From: Camelus dromedarius
Taxonomy: Eukaryota
Direction: 5' to 3'
DNA: 64,000 nucleotides
NCBI RefSeq assembly: GCF_036321535.1
Contig: NC_087436.1
Location: 52,454,001-52,518,000, forward strand
Within the stretch, counting starts at the first letter, position 1, and every line of letters begins with the position of its first letter. Position numbers and translations under genes: made by a program. The notes beneath the pieces were generated by a model. It searched no databases. It saw nothing but the letters and a program-made list of their open reading frames with translations, and had not been told where the DNA came from. Shown here piece by piece: positions 27,404 through 40,140 of the stretch.

Positions 27404-28302
27404 GTCACAGTGTTTCTTCTGTCGTACTATATTGGTCTAACACCCACGGAGCCTAGATCCAATGGAAGGAGCTATAGAATCTATCACTGAATGGAAGAAG
27501 TGTCAATGAATTTGGGGATCATGTTTTAAAACTGCCCCAGCTGACCCTGTAGCCACAAATTACTAGCATTCCTTTTACAGCTGAAATATACTCAGGTCCT
27601 AAAAAAAGAACTTTAAGATCCATATCTCACCCATTACCTCATCAGGCTCAATTTTGAAGTCCAGGATTTTGTCATCTAAATGAGATACTGGTAAAGACAA
27701 GGTGAATGTTTCAACTTCTAAATGTGGTTTATTTTAATATGAAGATCTGTGAACTAGAGAAACAAAAGTTATCTGTCCTGTCCCCTAACCCCATCCAACA
27801 TATATTAGTGAAAGAAGCAAAGAATAACTGAATACCTGCTACAGACACATTCAAAAGGAGGGAAAATGGGAGACACACATCAGTCACCAGTCAGTAGCAA
27901 TCTGGAGATCCAGCTGGCTCTGTGTTGTCACTTTCTTGATTAGGGTGAAATATTGCTCCCTGAAAACAATTCTCTGTTACTCATGGCTTCATACCTTTTT
28001 TCTACTTAAAAGATTTTATGAAGCATCACCTTAGATCTTCCTGAGATCTTAACAATGGATCTTAAGAGAATGACCCTAGATTGAATCTTTTGCTTGAAAT
28101 GTTGTCTTACTTTGAGAATCTTCTGCCATCTGGAGAGGCTGGGAATGAGGAACAGTTCCATTTTCAAATCCAGAAAGTCCTGGCTCCTTTGTATTTAACA
28201 GGTCATTCTTAAACTTATCTTTTTCCTCTTGCATTGTATCACAAACAAGAATACATAAGGTAGACCTTGTAGTATCCTACCTGGGTATCTCTTTAGCTAT
28301 AT

Positions 28303-28506
28303 GAAGGCAAACTACGCCCTGTGAGGTGGTACCGATTCTTGTAAACAAAGTTTTACTGTAACAAGTTCATGGACATACATTTATGTATTTTCTATGCTCG
28401 TTTTCCCACAATAATGGCATAGTTCAGTAGTTGTGACAGAGATTGTACGGCCAGAAGGCCTAAAATATTTACTTTTTGGCCCTTTGAGAAAGTTTTCAGA
28501 TCCCTG
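28303..28506. mobile_element. MER58A hAT-Charlie MITE
   Basis: 'ggcaaactacg...ttgtaaacaaagttttactg...gttcagtagttgtgacagaga...gcctaaaatatttactttttggccctt...ccctg'. Confidence 0.85.
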
Positions 28507-29164
28507 ATTAAGTTAGCCAATTTCCTATTTCCCTTTTTACCTCAGAGGCCGGTATGGCCACATATCTCACCAATGAATTACAAGGTTCCCCTTTCATTCT
28601 GGTGCCAGTATTTTCTTTACATAACTTTAAACTTTCACTAACAGCTTCTCTCAAGCTTCTGCCTAAGGTCTTTAGGATTCTACTAATATTCTTTGGTTTT
28701 CTCTCACCATTCAATCACAAAAGCCATTGTCACGTGTTTTAGTTTTTGTTATGAAGTAGCCAAAATATATTCTAATGCTGCATAGCAAACCATTCTACAG
28801 CTAAGTGGTTCAAAACAAAAACATTCATTTTTTTTTTTGCTCATGAATCTGCAATCTGAGTAAATCTCAGTGGAGACAGCTTGTCTCTGTTCCACTTGGT
28901 GTCAGCTAAGGCAGTTCAAATGGGGCTAGAGGACTGACACACTTACATGATACAAGTGTGCTGGCTGTCTCTTCCTATCCACACGGATCTCTCCACAAGG
29001 TGGTGCAGGTTTTCAAACTGCATGATGGCTGGGTTTCAAGAGGGATCATCCCCAGAAAACCAGGTAAGGTATATAGCATTTTATAACCTAGCCTCTGAAG
29101 TTGTAGAGCAACACTTCTACTATACTCTGTCAGCCAAGACAGTCACTAAACTTCACCTATTTTT

Positions 29165-29590
29165 TAGTTGATTTTTTAAAAAAATTTACTTTTATTGAAG
29201 TATAGTGGATTTACAATATGTTAGTTTCAAGTAGACAGAAAATTGATTCAGTTTTATATATATATATATATTCTTTTTCAGATTCTTTTCCATTATAGGT
29301 TATTACAAGATATTGAATATGGTTCCCTGTGCTATATAATAGGTCTTTATTGTTTATCTATTTTATATATAGTAGTGTGTATCTGTTAATCTCAAACTCT
29401 TAATCTGTCCCTCCCCCATCCCTTTCCCCTTTGGTAACCATAGTTTTTTCTATGTCTGTGAGTCTATTTCTGGTTTGTAAATAAGTTCAGTTGTGCCATT
29501 TTTTTAGATTCCACATATAAGTGATTCCGTATATTTGTCTTTTTCTGACTGACTTACTTCACTTAATATGGTAATCTCTAGGCCCATCCA
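29165..29590 (-). mobile_element. Artiodactyl/camelid L1 3' fragment with 18-bp TSD, inside the second MLT1 LTR
   Basis: 'ttttattgaagtatagtggatttacaat...ttagattccacatataagtgat...ggcccatcca'; TSD TAAACTTCACCTATTTTT (29147-29164) / TAAGCTTCACCTGTTTTT (29591-29608), followed by AA. Confidence 0.9.
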
Positions 29591-29741
29591 TAAGCTTCAC
29601 CTGTTTTTAAGATGAAGTGACACATACCCCACTATCTGATGGCAGGAATGTCAAGAATGCATTATACAAGAAACATATGTAATGGGAGATATTATTGTGG
29701 CTATTTTTATTATTGTTATTTTGGAAACTGTATCTGCAACA

Positions 29742-30510
29742 GATTTCAAATAGATCCTTCACAGAAGAAGATGGAGAGATGAGGGATAAGCACACACAAA
29801 GAGATGCTCATCATCTGTCAACAGGAAAATGCATATTGAAACCACAGTAAGACATTATTTTACCGCCACAACCATTTTATATGGCTCAAATTAAAAAGGC
29901 TGATAACACCACACTAAACACTGGCAAAGATACGGAGAGAGGGGAGCTGTCATATATTGCTGGTGAGGACATACTATGATACAATCACTTTGGGAATCTG
30001 GTTGTTTCTTAGAAAGTGAGTAACAGTTCCACACCTAGATATTCACCTAAGAGAAGCAAAACATTGTCCACAAAAACCCTGTATAAGAACTTTTATAGAT
30101 GATTTATTTATAAAAGCAAAAATACCAGAGACAACCAAAATGTCCATCAGTAGGAGAATGGATAAACAAATGTGGTGTGTTCATACAAGGATGAATAAAT
30201 AAAAAGTAGTAAAGTATTGATATGTTCCACAATATAAGGTGACTCTCAAAAGTACTATGTTAAGGCAAAGGATCTAGATACGAAAAAGTACATAATAATA
30301 CTTAATATGTTCTATAGAATTAAGAACAAGCAAAGCTATCCATGGTGATAGAAATCAGAACAGCAGTTGCCTTGGGGGATGACATTAATGTGGGGTGGTG
30401 AATATGATCTATATCCTGATCAAAGCAGTAATTGCCTGGGTGTATACATTTGTTAAAAGTTATTATGGGGTTTTTTGCATATAAATGCGTCATTAAAATA
30501 GCTTTAAAAC
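29742..30510 (+). mobile_element. Continuation of the old L1 (ORF2 end and 3' UTR)
   Basis: Resumes where the 23.7-26.5 kb part stops: 'aatagatccttcacagaagaagat...gaaaatgcatattgaaaccacag...caaccaaaatgtccatcagtaggagaatggataaac'. Confidence 0.85.
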
Positions 30511-30819
30511 TCATTGAGTTGGACACATGACTTGATCATTTTTCTTTTATGTTACAGTGAAAACATTTTGAAGAATATTTGAGATAAATCTGTGAGTTTT
30601 TTAAAGAGAAATGTGTGTAAGGTATCTGTCCTGTCTATGACCCTGCTCATCTCAGCCCCTCTTTAAGGGTACGTGGATGCCCCTGAGTTATTCTTGGCAA
30701 TTTTATATAATTTGAACTTGCTTTTGAACTCTCAGTCGCTGTATGATTCTGAATTCTGAACTCTCAGATTTTCAACATCGACTACATCCTTTGACACTGA
30801 AATCCCAGCTCTTGCTAAT

Positions 30820-30975
30820 GTAGCACTTTTCAAACTTTAATGTGCCCAGGAAATTTTGTCAAAATGCAGATTCTAACTCAGGCAGTCTGGAGTGGGATCT
30901 GAGTGTCTGTACTTCTAACAAGCTCCCAGGGATGTTGCAGCTGCCGGTCCAGGGGCTGCCTTGGAGTGTCAAAGC
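30820..30975. mobile_element. MER5-family MITE
   Basis: 'ttttcaaactttaatgtgc...aaaatgcagattctaactcagg...tctggagtgggatctgag...ttctaacaagctcccagg'. Confidence 0.8.
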
Positions 30976-31814
30976 TCTCATGCACACGGGTGTGGCTTTC
31001 CTCTGACTCCCACTGCCCTGTGTAGTCTCAGGCAGGAATCTTCTCCAGTTTCTTGCACCATAAATACAAATTATGACACCACCCGCCAGACCACTTCCTA
31101 TGCCAGGCTAGTCCCACGCCCAACCTAAGGATGTTATTTAACCACTATCCCCATGGAAAGTATGTAAGTATCTCATTTATCTGGGGATAAACTTTTCCAC
31201 TTCTGTTAATTTTCCAAATAACTGAAATTTACTCTAATCTACATCCAATATTATTTTTGTGATCTAACTCTTCGTAAGACTCATTACACTTCCCCGAGGT
31301 CTTAATCAGAGAATACTAAAAATGATTTGACTCTTGCATTAGTAACTCAGGGACATTAATAGTCTGAAATGCAGTGAGATAATCTGGAGCTATTGAAATC
31401 TGTTTATTCCTACCTAAAGAGGTCCTAGACTGCCATTCTTTCTGCGCTTTTGTGCATTTTTGGGAATAGTTTTTGTTTTTCTCTTTCCCCAATGGACTCT
31501 CAGCTGTTAGTTCTTATTATTAGACTTCAGCTTGCCTGTCTCTAGCAGGCATCTTTCCCTCTCCTAATTGCTGCTTTGATTCAATTATAAAAAATTAAAA
31601 TAAATGATTAAGCAATGGTATTATTCATTTAAAATAAAAGTAAAATGACTCTTAATGAGGATATAAAACTTTCTCCTATTGGAAGACACTGGAGCTTTAG
31701 TGTCTAACTTTTACCAACTCGGTAACTTAGAAGCTAATTTTGCCTTCTTTTTATTATGGGCTGTGTTCTACTACAATGTTTGTATTTGGTTTATAGACAA
31801 TTTACAATAAAATC

Positions 31815-31955
31815 AGCTGTGGTGCTTACACAAAATTAAGATTCTAGGACCCAACCTTAGAGATGTTTACACATTAGATCCTGAGTTGAACGCAGGAGTC
31901 TGCATTTAGCAAACACTTCAGAGGATTCCTGTGCCAAATTTGAAAAACCACTATT
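31815..31955. mobile_element. MER5-family MITE
   Basis: 'agattctaggacccaacc...caggagtctgcatttagcaaacac...tttgaaaaaccacta'. Confidence 0.6.
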
Positions 31956-32703
31956 CCTGTGTAAGTGCCACTACTGAGTTGAAGATCATGGTGCCTTTTT
32001 AAAATTCTCTTTACAATGTCTCCTTAAACGCTCACCTTCTCAATTACAGCTGAGACTAACTCTTCATGCTGCATTAGAAGACTTGTTTCTCACAATTAGG
32101 AAGCTTCTTATCACTTAATGGTTCAATCTTTTCCATTTCTTGGGAGTGGAAAATTAGATGGGAATGTACTAACTCACATATCAGGACTCCATGCCTGGTC
32201 TGTGACCCTTCAAACTTAAACACTGACTGGGTAGAGCATCAAAGCAGCAAATTCACAGGTCTGCCAACAAGTACAAGTTGTTCCTAGACAAAAAAAAAAC
32301 ACGTGTGCAACTTAAGGTCTGAACTGAAGCTCACCTCGTGGATTAGAACACAATTTCCTGTATTCAAAATATTTATCACACATCTAACAATTAACAACTC
32401 CCGTCTGAATTTTAACAAGCCCTCTAAAAGTGACTCATCTTTCATCATTGTCTGTCTAAAGTTTCATAAGACATAAAAAGAAACCCATGATATTGTTGAA
32501 GGTAGAAAACAAGAAAGACATCTCTGAGACAATGTCTGGTGGAAGGAAAGCACTCTCCCTCCCCTTCCTGCCCCTGTCCCCTTGCAATTACAGCTGTAGA
32601 GGAAAATCACATACTCATGGTCACCACCATCAACTTGGGTCCTGCATTACTAGATCTCTTAGTACATTTTAATAAGCACCTGACTCTCTCACTCTCTATA
32701 ACA

Positions 32704-33360
32704 ATTCATTCACTCAACAAATATTTATTGAGCATCTATGAGCCAGGAGCCGCTAGCAATACAGGAGCAGAAAAGCAGACAAAAAGCTCTGCTTTTCTCA
32801 CTTTTACATTCTAGTAGGAAAGATAGACAATAAACAAGACCAAAAAATGAAGTATGTAACATGAAAGGCAATTATAAGTGCCAAGGAGAAAACAGTAAAG
32901 AAGGCATGGGGATAAGAGATGTCGGTGGGATCGTTGACATCTTAGTGTGGCCAGGAAAGTCTTCTCTGAGAGGCAAGTTTGGGGCAAATCCTGGAAGATG
33001 TGAAGAAACTAGCCTGTTGGGTGTGTGAAGAGTGAGAATCCCAGGAGGAGGACGAAGTACACTGAGATCATGACTTGTGTTTTCATGGAAGGCAGAAGCT
33101 GAGTGAACAAGGAAGAGAGAAATAGGAGATGATCTCAGACAGGAGACCAGCAGGGATAGAATGAATTGCATGGTCTTAATTACTGCTCGGTTCTTCATCT
33201 GAACCAGACAAGTCATTGGTGAGTTGGAGCAGAGCGACAGGATGTGAACTGAGTTTAACAGCTTCACTCTGCTGCTATGCTGGGAACAGACTGGAGAGAG
33301 ATGAAGGTACAGCAGAGTGATTGGAGGTTACTGCAACAGCCGGAGCTATAGATGAAATGA
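32704..33360 (-). mobile_element. L2a 3' region
   Basis: 'attcattcactcaacaaatatttattgagcatctatgagccagg...ttacattctagtagg...gttggagcagagcgacaggatgtgaactgagtttaac'. Confidence 0.9.
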
Positions 33361-33574
33361 TTTCTAATTTGATTTTATTGTTATCAAATCCCCAACATAC
33401 CCTTTCCTGCTCACTCTTAGTTGATGGTGCAGTCCACTGGGAAATTCGGAGCAATCTGATGGGAACTCCCTCACCTTTCTGTCACAAACACCTTCATATC
33501 CGCAACTGTGTTGAACCTCTCCTCCTTTCTTCTAATCACAATGGAGGAGATTATCTTTTCCTAATAAAAGGGAA

Positions 33575-33830
33575 GTAGTAAAGTCCACTGAGTGAATACT
33601 GGCTCTGGGAATGGATGCTTGAAATATAGTTTCTCCCCTCCACTTAAAGTCTCTGTGACTTGGGAAAATTCCTTAAAGTTCTCTGTACCTTAGTTTCTTC
33701 ATCTGCAATATGAGGACAATGGGGAAGATTACTTTAACAGATTGTGTGAGAACTAAAAAAGAAAAACAGTATATTTTTATCATTGAGAAGGGAGCCTGGC
33801 ACATAATTAGAGCTTAATAAAACTCAGTTT
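33575..33830 (+). mobile_element. MIR
   Basis: 'ctgtgacttgggaaaattccttaaagttctctgtaccttagtttcttcatctgcaatatgagga...gcctggcacataattagagcttaataaa'. Confidence 0.85.
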
Positions 33831-34699
33831 CACTTTCCACGTGTACTATGGGACCCCTCATGTCTCTGTACTCGAAAACCACACCCCAGTGATGAATCTC
33901 CCTTTCTCCTGCATCTTCAGTGTTTCCTTCCTGACAAGATTCTTCTCTTTGGTAGATAGACATGCTCAGGTCTCCCTATCTTTAAAACGAGGCCCCCTGA
34001 TCTCAGTTATACTATCAGCGAGGAAGCCTAGCCATTTTGTTCAGTTACCAAAATTGAAGCACTAATGCCACATATGAAAGGGGAAAAAAAAGTGAGGCAA
34101 GGGAGGGCATAAAGCAACAGCAAACAAGGTGTTATCAAACAGCTGCCCCCTCCCTGTTAGCTCTGAAGTGTGCAGAAGGTTCTTCAACAGACATGACTGC
34201 TTGACTCTTACAATTTCTCTAGAAAGGCTACAGGAAGCAAATGTGCCCCTGGTAGTCCCTGGAGAGGAAGAAGGATGAGGGGTTGATTTGCTTAACTCCC
34301 TTCTAGCTTTGGTTTTCCACTGGGCAGTGCGTGGCCTTTGAGGAGTGCAATTCTCTGCTCTTTGGAGTTTTTTGTGGTCTGATGCTCTGGGATGCCAGAA
34401 TCCACACTGGAATCTGTTAGTATGATTGTGGTTGTGATTCATCCAAGTTCAGAAGTGACAGGAGAAGCCAGAAAATCCTGTGGTGCAACTGGTCAGCTTG
34501 GCTGCAGAAGGGATCCGAGAGAGAGAGCCTCTTAGGCATGTGACTGGTCAGGCCCAGACAAGGAACCCGTGTTGTTCTAACAGAGTTGCTTGGCCTCCAC
34601 TGAGGCCAAGGATCTGAGAGGCGGGCAGTGTCAAAGGAATATGAGTCACAAACTATTTACAGCGGATACAGCCTTATAGCACCTCAGATTTCCTCCTGC

Positions 34700-36550
34700 C
34701 TCTTCAACTCTTTAAAAACTTCTTGAAATAATAGTCTATACACTCTGTCTGTTCTTTACATCTGTTAACTCTGACATTGGTTTTCACGCTAACCCTAACC
34801 GCCAACCCTATATTCAGCTGGCTCCCAGTTTAGCCATCAATGACCTCTATGACCCTAAATCCAGATAACATTTTTCAACCCTTCTTTCTCTCTTCAGAAT
34901 CATTTGCTGCAAATTGATCATTTTCTTCTCTAGTCATTTTCTGCCCTTGGCTTCCAAGACAGGGACCCCTTCTACATTTCCTCCTGTCTTTCTGCTCACT
35001 GCTTTCCTTCTTCTCCTGTGTCTACTGTGATTCCTTTAAGTGGAAGAGTGCCTCAGGCTTGCATTCTAGATCGTCTTCCCTCCTGTCTCTGCATACGCTT
35101 CCTTGATATCCCATCTATTCCGTGGCTTTAACTACCACATAATCCAGAGCTGCCTCCTACAAAATTATATCTTTGACCCAATCCTCTCTTCTGAGCCCCA
35201 GTCCAACTGAAGACAGTCTACTTTTATTTGGTGCTTTTACAGACACCTCAAACTTTATCCATACTCAAAAGTTAACGTTCAACATGCTGGACTTCAATTC
35301 CTGCTCTGCTCACGAAGCCGCTCCTCCTATAGTTAGTTCTTCTTTTTAGTAAATAACTCAATCACTCATCTGATTATTCAGACCAGAAATCTAGGAATCA
35401 TCCTTGACTCCTCTGTTTCCCTCTGATTATACAAATAATTGGCAAGCCTTGCAAATTTTGCTTTCAAAGTATTTCATGAATTTATCTAGTTCAGGCCATA
35501 TCTGCCCTAGTCAAGCCATCTTTTGCGTGTATGAAAACAGTGACCTTGTCATGAATTCCCTCTCCTGGGCCGTTCCAACCTATTTGTCACCCTGCAGTAG
35601 AAGTAATCTTTTCAAAAATATTTCCTAGGCTCTATACCCACCTCCCAATAATAATTTCCCTTTTGACTCTACTTCCCAGTGGAACAGAAAAATCTCTCAT
35701 ATGTACTTGCAATCTACATTTTCTGTTTCCCATTTCCTGATCATAATTGGCCCAGTCCAAAAGAGTTTCCACTTCCCAGTAATTCCTCTCCCTTCTATGA
35801 TTCTCCCCAGTTAAACTCAAAAAATTTCTCCTATGATTGCAGCCTATATTTTCTCACAATAATTCCCAATCTTCTGATCATGTATTAAACCATTCCATTA
35901 AACCATTAATATGGCTTCCATCCACATTACCTATTGAGATATTGCTAAATCCTTGGGGTCATTTAAGGGCCTTATCTTACTTAATCTTTTTAGCAGCGTT
36001 CCAGGGTGTGAGTCTCTCCACTCTTTTTTTTTTTTTTAATCATTTTTCAAAATTGAAGCATAGTTAATTCGGGTCTCTCCACTCTTATTGAGACACTTTT
36101 TTTGTCAAGAGGTTTCTGTCTTATCTTTTGGAAGTTCTTTTTGTCTTTGTACACTGCTTATCCTTCACCTAACAATTAAATGTTAGAATTACTGTAGGCC
36201 CTTTCTTCCTTTTCAGTTTTATCCATTGCAGTTACTTTAAATGACCATGTATACATAACATGTACTAAATTCATACCTCTAGCTCATGCTTTTCCTCTCA
36301 TCTTTCTGGTCCCCTATTGTACTGTCTCCCTCCTGCTCATTTCTCTCTAGCCACAATGACCTATTTTCCTCTGCGTTGAATTTAATGAGATTTTTCTGTT
36401 TCCAGACTTCCACAGTTTCCCAACACTCTCTTTCTTTGTGTATCTAAGACTCACTCATCTTCCAGGTCTTGATTTAATGTCTAGTCTTCAGAGAATTCTA
36501 AATTACTAGAATACGGTTTCCTTGTTATATATTTTCGTTGCATAACTTCC
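34700..36550 (+). mobile_element. Degenerate L2 fragments
   Basis: Pyrimidine-rich; 'ccttggcttccaagaca', 'cagacacctcaaactt', 'cagaccagaaatctaggaatcatccttgactcctct'. Confidence 0.65.
36026..36072 (-). mobile_element. ~47-bp retroposed tail (L1 extreme 3' end) with perfect 14-bp TSD
   Basis: GTCTCTCCACTCTT at 36012-36025 and 36073-36086 flanks poly-T plus 'aatcatttttcaaaattgaagcatagttaatt'. Confidence 0.85.
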
Positions 36551-37193
36551 CTTGTTAGTCTTACTTGTTACTCTGGAGTGTAACCAGAAAAGCATTGGAC
36601 CAAGAGCAGGAGACTGGTTCAGAGCCTGACACTGCCCTAGTTAACTTGTGAGCCTCTAGTGTGAGTACTATACTAAATGAGGACTTCTCAAGCTTATTTT
36701 AGCATAAACCCATCCAGCTGGATGCTTTTCCTTTATTTCAAAGACTGTGGGAAAAAAAAAATCTAGTCATTAGTTTTGTAGATTCAGTTATAAGATCTAT
36801 TCATCTGATCAAGGAGTATCTTCCTTGTGGTTTTCCTGGGGAGAACAGAACCTTTCTTCTGCGTGATTTTGCGCTGTGGTCCTGGTTAGCATCTACAGCA
36901 TAAATAATTAAGGACAGCTGCTCAGAAATGTAAGAGGAGTTGAAAGATCACACTCAGAAACCCAGAGCAGATAAACATTGTTTAGGGACATAGAGGCTTG
37001 AGAAGGGTGAACTTTCCACGTAGATGTGGAGTCAATAGAGGGGAAGTATTATTTGGCCTTTTGTGGAAACAAGAAAACAAAGTTACAGTAGAATTCTTCC
37101 ACTGAGGCTTAGTGATTGTCTATGCAAATTACAATGTTGAATGGAGAGAACATCCATTCTGTTCTTTAAGGTATGAAAAGCCTAGACAGCCTC

Positions 37194-37236
37194 TGTGTGT
37201 GTGTGTGTAGGGGGGGGGGGGTATGAGAGAGAGAGA
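37194..37236. repeat. Compound microsatellite (TG)n-G12-(GA)n
   Basis: Read directly. Confidence 0.85.
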
Positions 37237-39705
37237 ATATGAAATTGAAAAACAGAACTGGTACAGTTTCATCTGCCTTACACAGATTTAGAGACATTCT
37301 CCCAGAACCACATTATCTTTTAGTTAAATATTTTAGACATTTTAACATCCTCCATTTAGCTCCCCCAGGAAGGACAAGAAAAAGATTTTGTGGGGACTGA
37401 TACTTATAAAAAGTGATAGTCATTATTAAATAAAAGATCTAAGGTATGGAGGTAATTATTCATTTAGAGTGAGAGAAAGCACAACGGTTTACATGTTTTA
37501 AAAGCCAACAAATATCACAAATGTCAAAAAAACACGCTTCTGTAATACTTATTTTCTGCATATTTTGGCTTTATAGTATTTGATTACTCCTTCAAATGAC
37601 AAAAATTTTGTAAAACCATTTTTTTTACAGGGAAAAGAGAAAGATAATCAGTCTTTCTCTGGCTGGGCTGAACAAAATTTGTTTTAGGTTACTTACAGCT
37701 GAGACGCCCAAACACGTGACTGCATACACATTTATACTTGCTCTTTGTAAAATTAACCCAAGAAATACTAGCCACCTGATAAATTCTGTTTCTCATGAAT
37801 CCTATCAAAAGAGAAAATAAATTACATTGTGTTTTAAGTGAATATATGGCAGATTGTTTTCCTGAGAAGAGAACAAAAGGAAACGCATGGTCAGCATGTA
37901 ACTTGATGCATCTCATAATTAGAAATTATTCACAAACTACTATTTGACTCCATAGATTTCACACGTTGTTTTGCTTCCACAATTCACAAAATTCCATTAC
38001 CAAGAGCTATCAAACACATTCATATCACAAGCAGACAAGGGGCCTTGCTGATTCATGCACAGCACAAGGCCAGTCAGTGCAGGGACCAGTAAAGACATTC
38101 CTTGAAAGGCAGTGGTACATTGGAGTAGCCAGTCGTAACTTAATAATACATAGAAGTGACTGCAAACCACAGAAAATGCATACCACCAAATCCTAAATAA
38201 ATTCTGAACTCAATTTCCTGTAACTCATATGCTCATAATATCCATTCCAATGCTACCCAGCAGGAAAGAAATGGAGACAAGGGAAAGAGAGACAAAAATC
38301 CTAACTGGTTTCAGTGAAAGCATCTTCCTTTTACAAATTTTACAGCAAAAACACATAACTACATGAAAACATTGCTAGGTCCTGCCCAGATGACCTTGAA
38401 AGTAGTATATGCAAGTGAAAGTCTCTGAAGCATAAATTTCATTAGCTTTGTGATAAATCTGCCCCCAGATGTGTCTCTGGTAGAAGTGCCATCCATCAAC
38501 TGATGGTGTTTCACACAGAATGAAGACAGGGGGAAGGACAGTAGGTGGAGAGGAAGTTTGGCCTCCTGCAGGGTAGAGGTTCTACATGGCCTCTTAAAGG
38601 ACCATTAGTCCCAAGCCTCATATTTTATCTTCTAGATCTTTGTCTCCTGGAATGTGAAAAGGGAAAGTATGCTCAGTACAGCGAGTGCTTCCATTTTTCA
38701 CTATGTTCATCATGAAAAAAATTGACAGAAGGAATAGGCACTGCTCTTCCAGTGATGCCCAGGCTGAACTTGTGTGGAGGCACGACATGGCTGGGCTGCA
38801 ACAGATCAGCATCTAGCCTTCAGTTCTGTAGACCCAGAAGCTCAAATGTGTCATATCTGAAGAATTAAACCAGGCTAGTTATATTCCAGTAAGCTGGTTG
38901 TATAGAAACACAAATGTTAACTTACTAATTTAATAGGATGTAATTACTGCTAAGGAGCTGAGACACTTACCTTATGGGTTAACATCTTTTTTGGTTTTGT
39001 TTGTTTGTTTGTTTCCCAAGATAATTCTACTTAGGTGGCAAAGGTATAGTTAGAAGATTATTTGGACAACATAAAACAAAATATGGTACTAATAAACTGA
39101 TTAGACAGAATGACATTTTAATGGAATCACACCCTGGTGACCATATCTCAAATTTGAGTGTTCACAAAAATATCTCAGCCAAACAGAAAGGAAAAAAATC
39201 TAAAACCATTTAAAATATAATCATTACTTCAAGAGCTGGAGGTATTTTATTCTTGTTCTATAAATCAGGATGCAAATATAATGAAATTTAAAAGGGGATT
39301 CATGAACAATTATTCAAGGCAGTTTGGAATGTTTGGGATTTAAGGGCTCAAAATCATAAAAAATTTAACTATATCTTTCAATAGGCTGGACTCATTGTCA
39401 CTTGAAAAGATCAAGCCAGGCTTAATTAGCTGTGGGTTTGATGATATAAATGGAATTTATATTTTAATTTAAAGCAGTAAAAATTCTGTAAAAGTGAGTT
39501 TCTGAGATTTTATTGCTGTTTTTTAAATCTTTATTTTGCTGATACTGAGAAGGCCTGCTAGAAATCAATTAGAAACACTTACAGATTCTTAAAGCAAAGA
39601 CTTTCGGAAAGGATGTTGAAAGTGTGGACTAGGAAATATAGCTACTTCCTTTTAAAGAATAGCAAGCAAACATTTTTTTCAAAAATCTTTTTATAATAGT
39701 CTAGA

Positions 39706-39896
39706 TCAGTAATTATTAACTGAGGGTGACCATCAGAATCACCAGCGTATATATATATATGTTTATTTTTTTCTCATATGTATGCCTGGTCCCCACCCTG
39801 GACTTCCTGAATAGAAATTTTATGGGTGAGGCCTAAACATAACATGCTTTTGAAAAATTCCATAGAGTGATTCTGATATTAAGATTCATAGATAAC
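39706..39896. mobile_element. MER5-like MITE abutting duplicate copy A
   Basis: 'catcagaatcacc...cctggtccccaccctggacttcctgaatagaa...gggtgaggcct...gtgattctgat...gataacc'. Confidence 0.7.
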
Positions 39897-40140
39897 CATG
39901 AGCAAAACTGCCAGTGGTTTAGTGTCAGGATATCACTGTCCAGGATATAAGAATCCAAAACCTCCTAAGACAGGAAACTTGGATTCTGTGATTGGAAATG
40001 TGCTCAGATGCAGCACTTTTCTGCTTGTGAAAGTCATTGCTATGTCACTTCCTCCGACCAAAGTCTGGATTTGGAAGAATGGGTCGAATTGTGTCCCAGC
40101 TTTGTTGTTCATCCAAGATATTTTTGTCTTTAATTATACA
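39897..40140 (+). repeat. Dispersed direct repeat, copy A (244 bp)
   Basis: Aligns without gaps to 52668-52911 (offset 12771) with 15 mismatches by hand count. Confidence 0.97.

Larger units (their letters stand above)
26526..29741 (-). mobile_element. ERVL-MaLR (MLT1-type) LTR-internal-LTR element
   Basis: Two diverged MLT1-like LTRs (~26526-27540, ~28770-29741) share 'ttttgct..aatctg.aat.tgag...ctcag.gg.ga.agc' and 'gggtt.caagag...catccca'; TG...CA ends; degenerate 5-bp TSD tactt/gattt. Confidence 0.75.
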
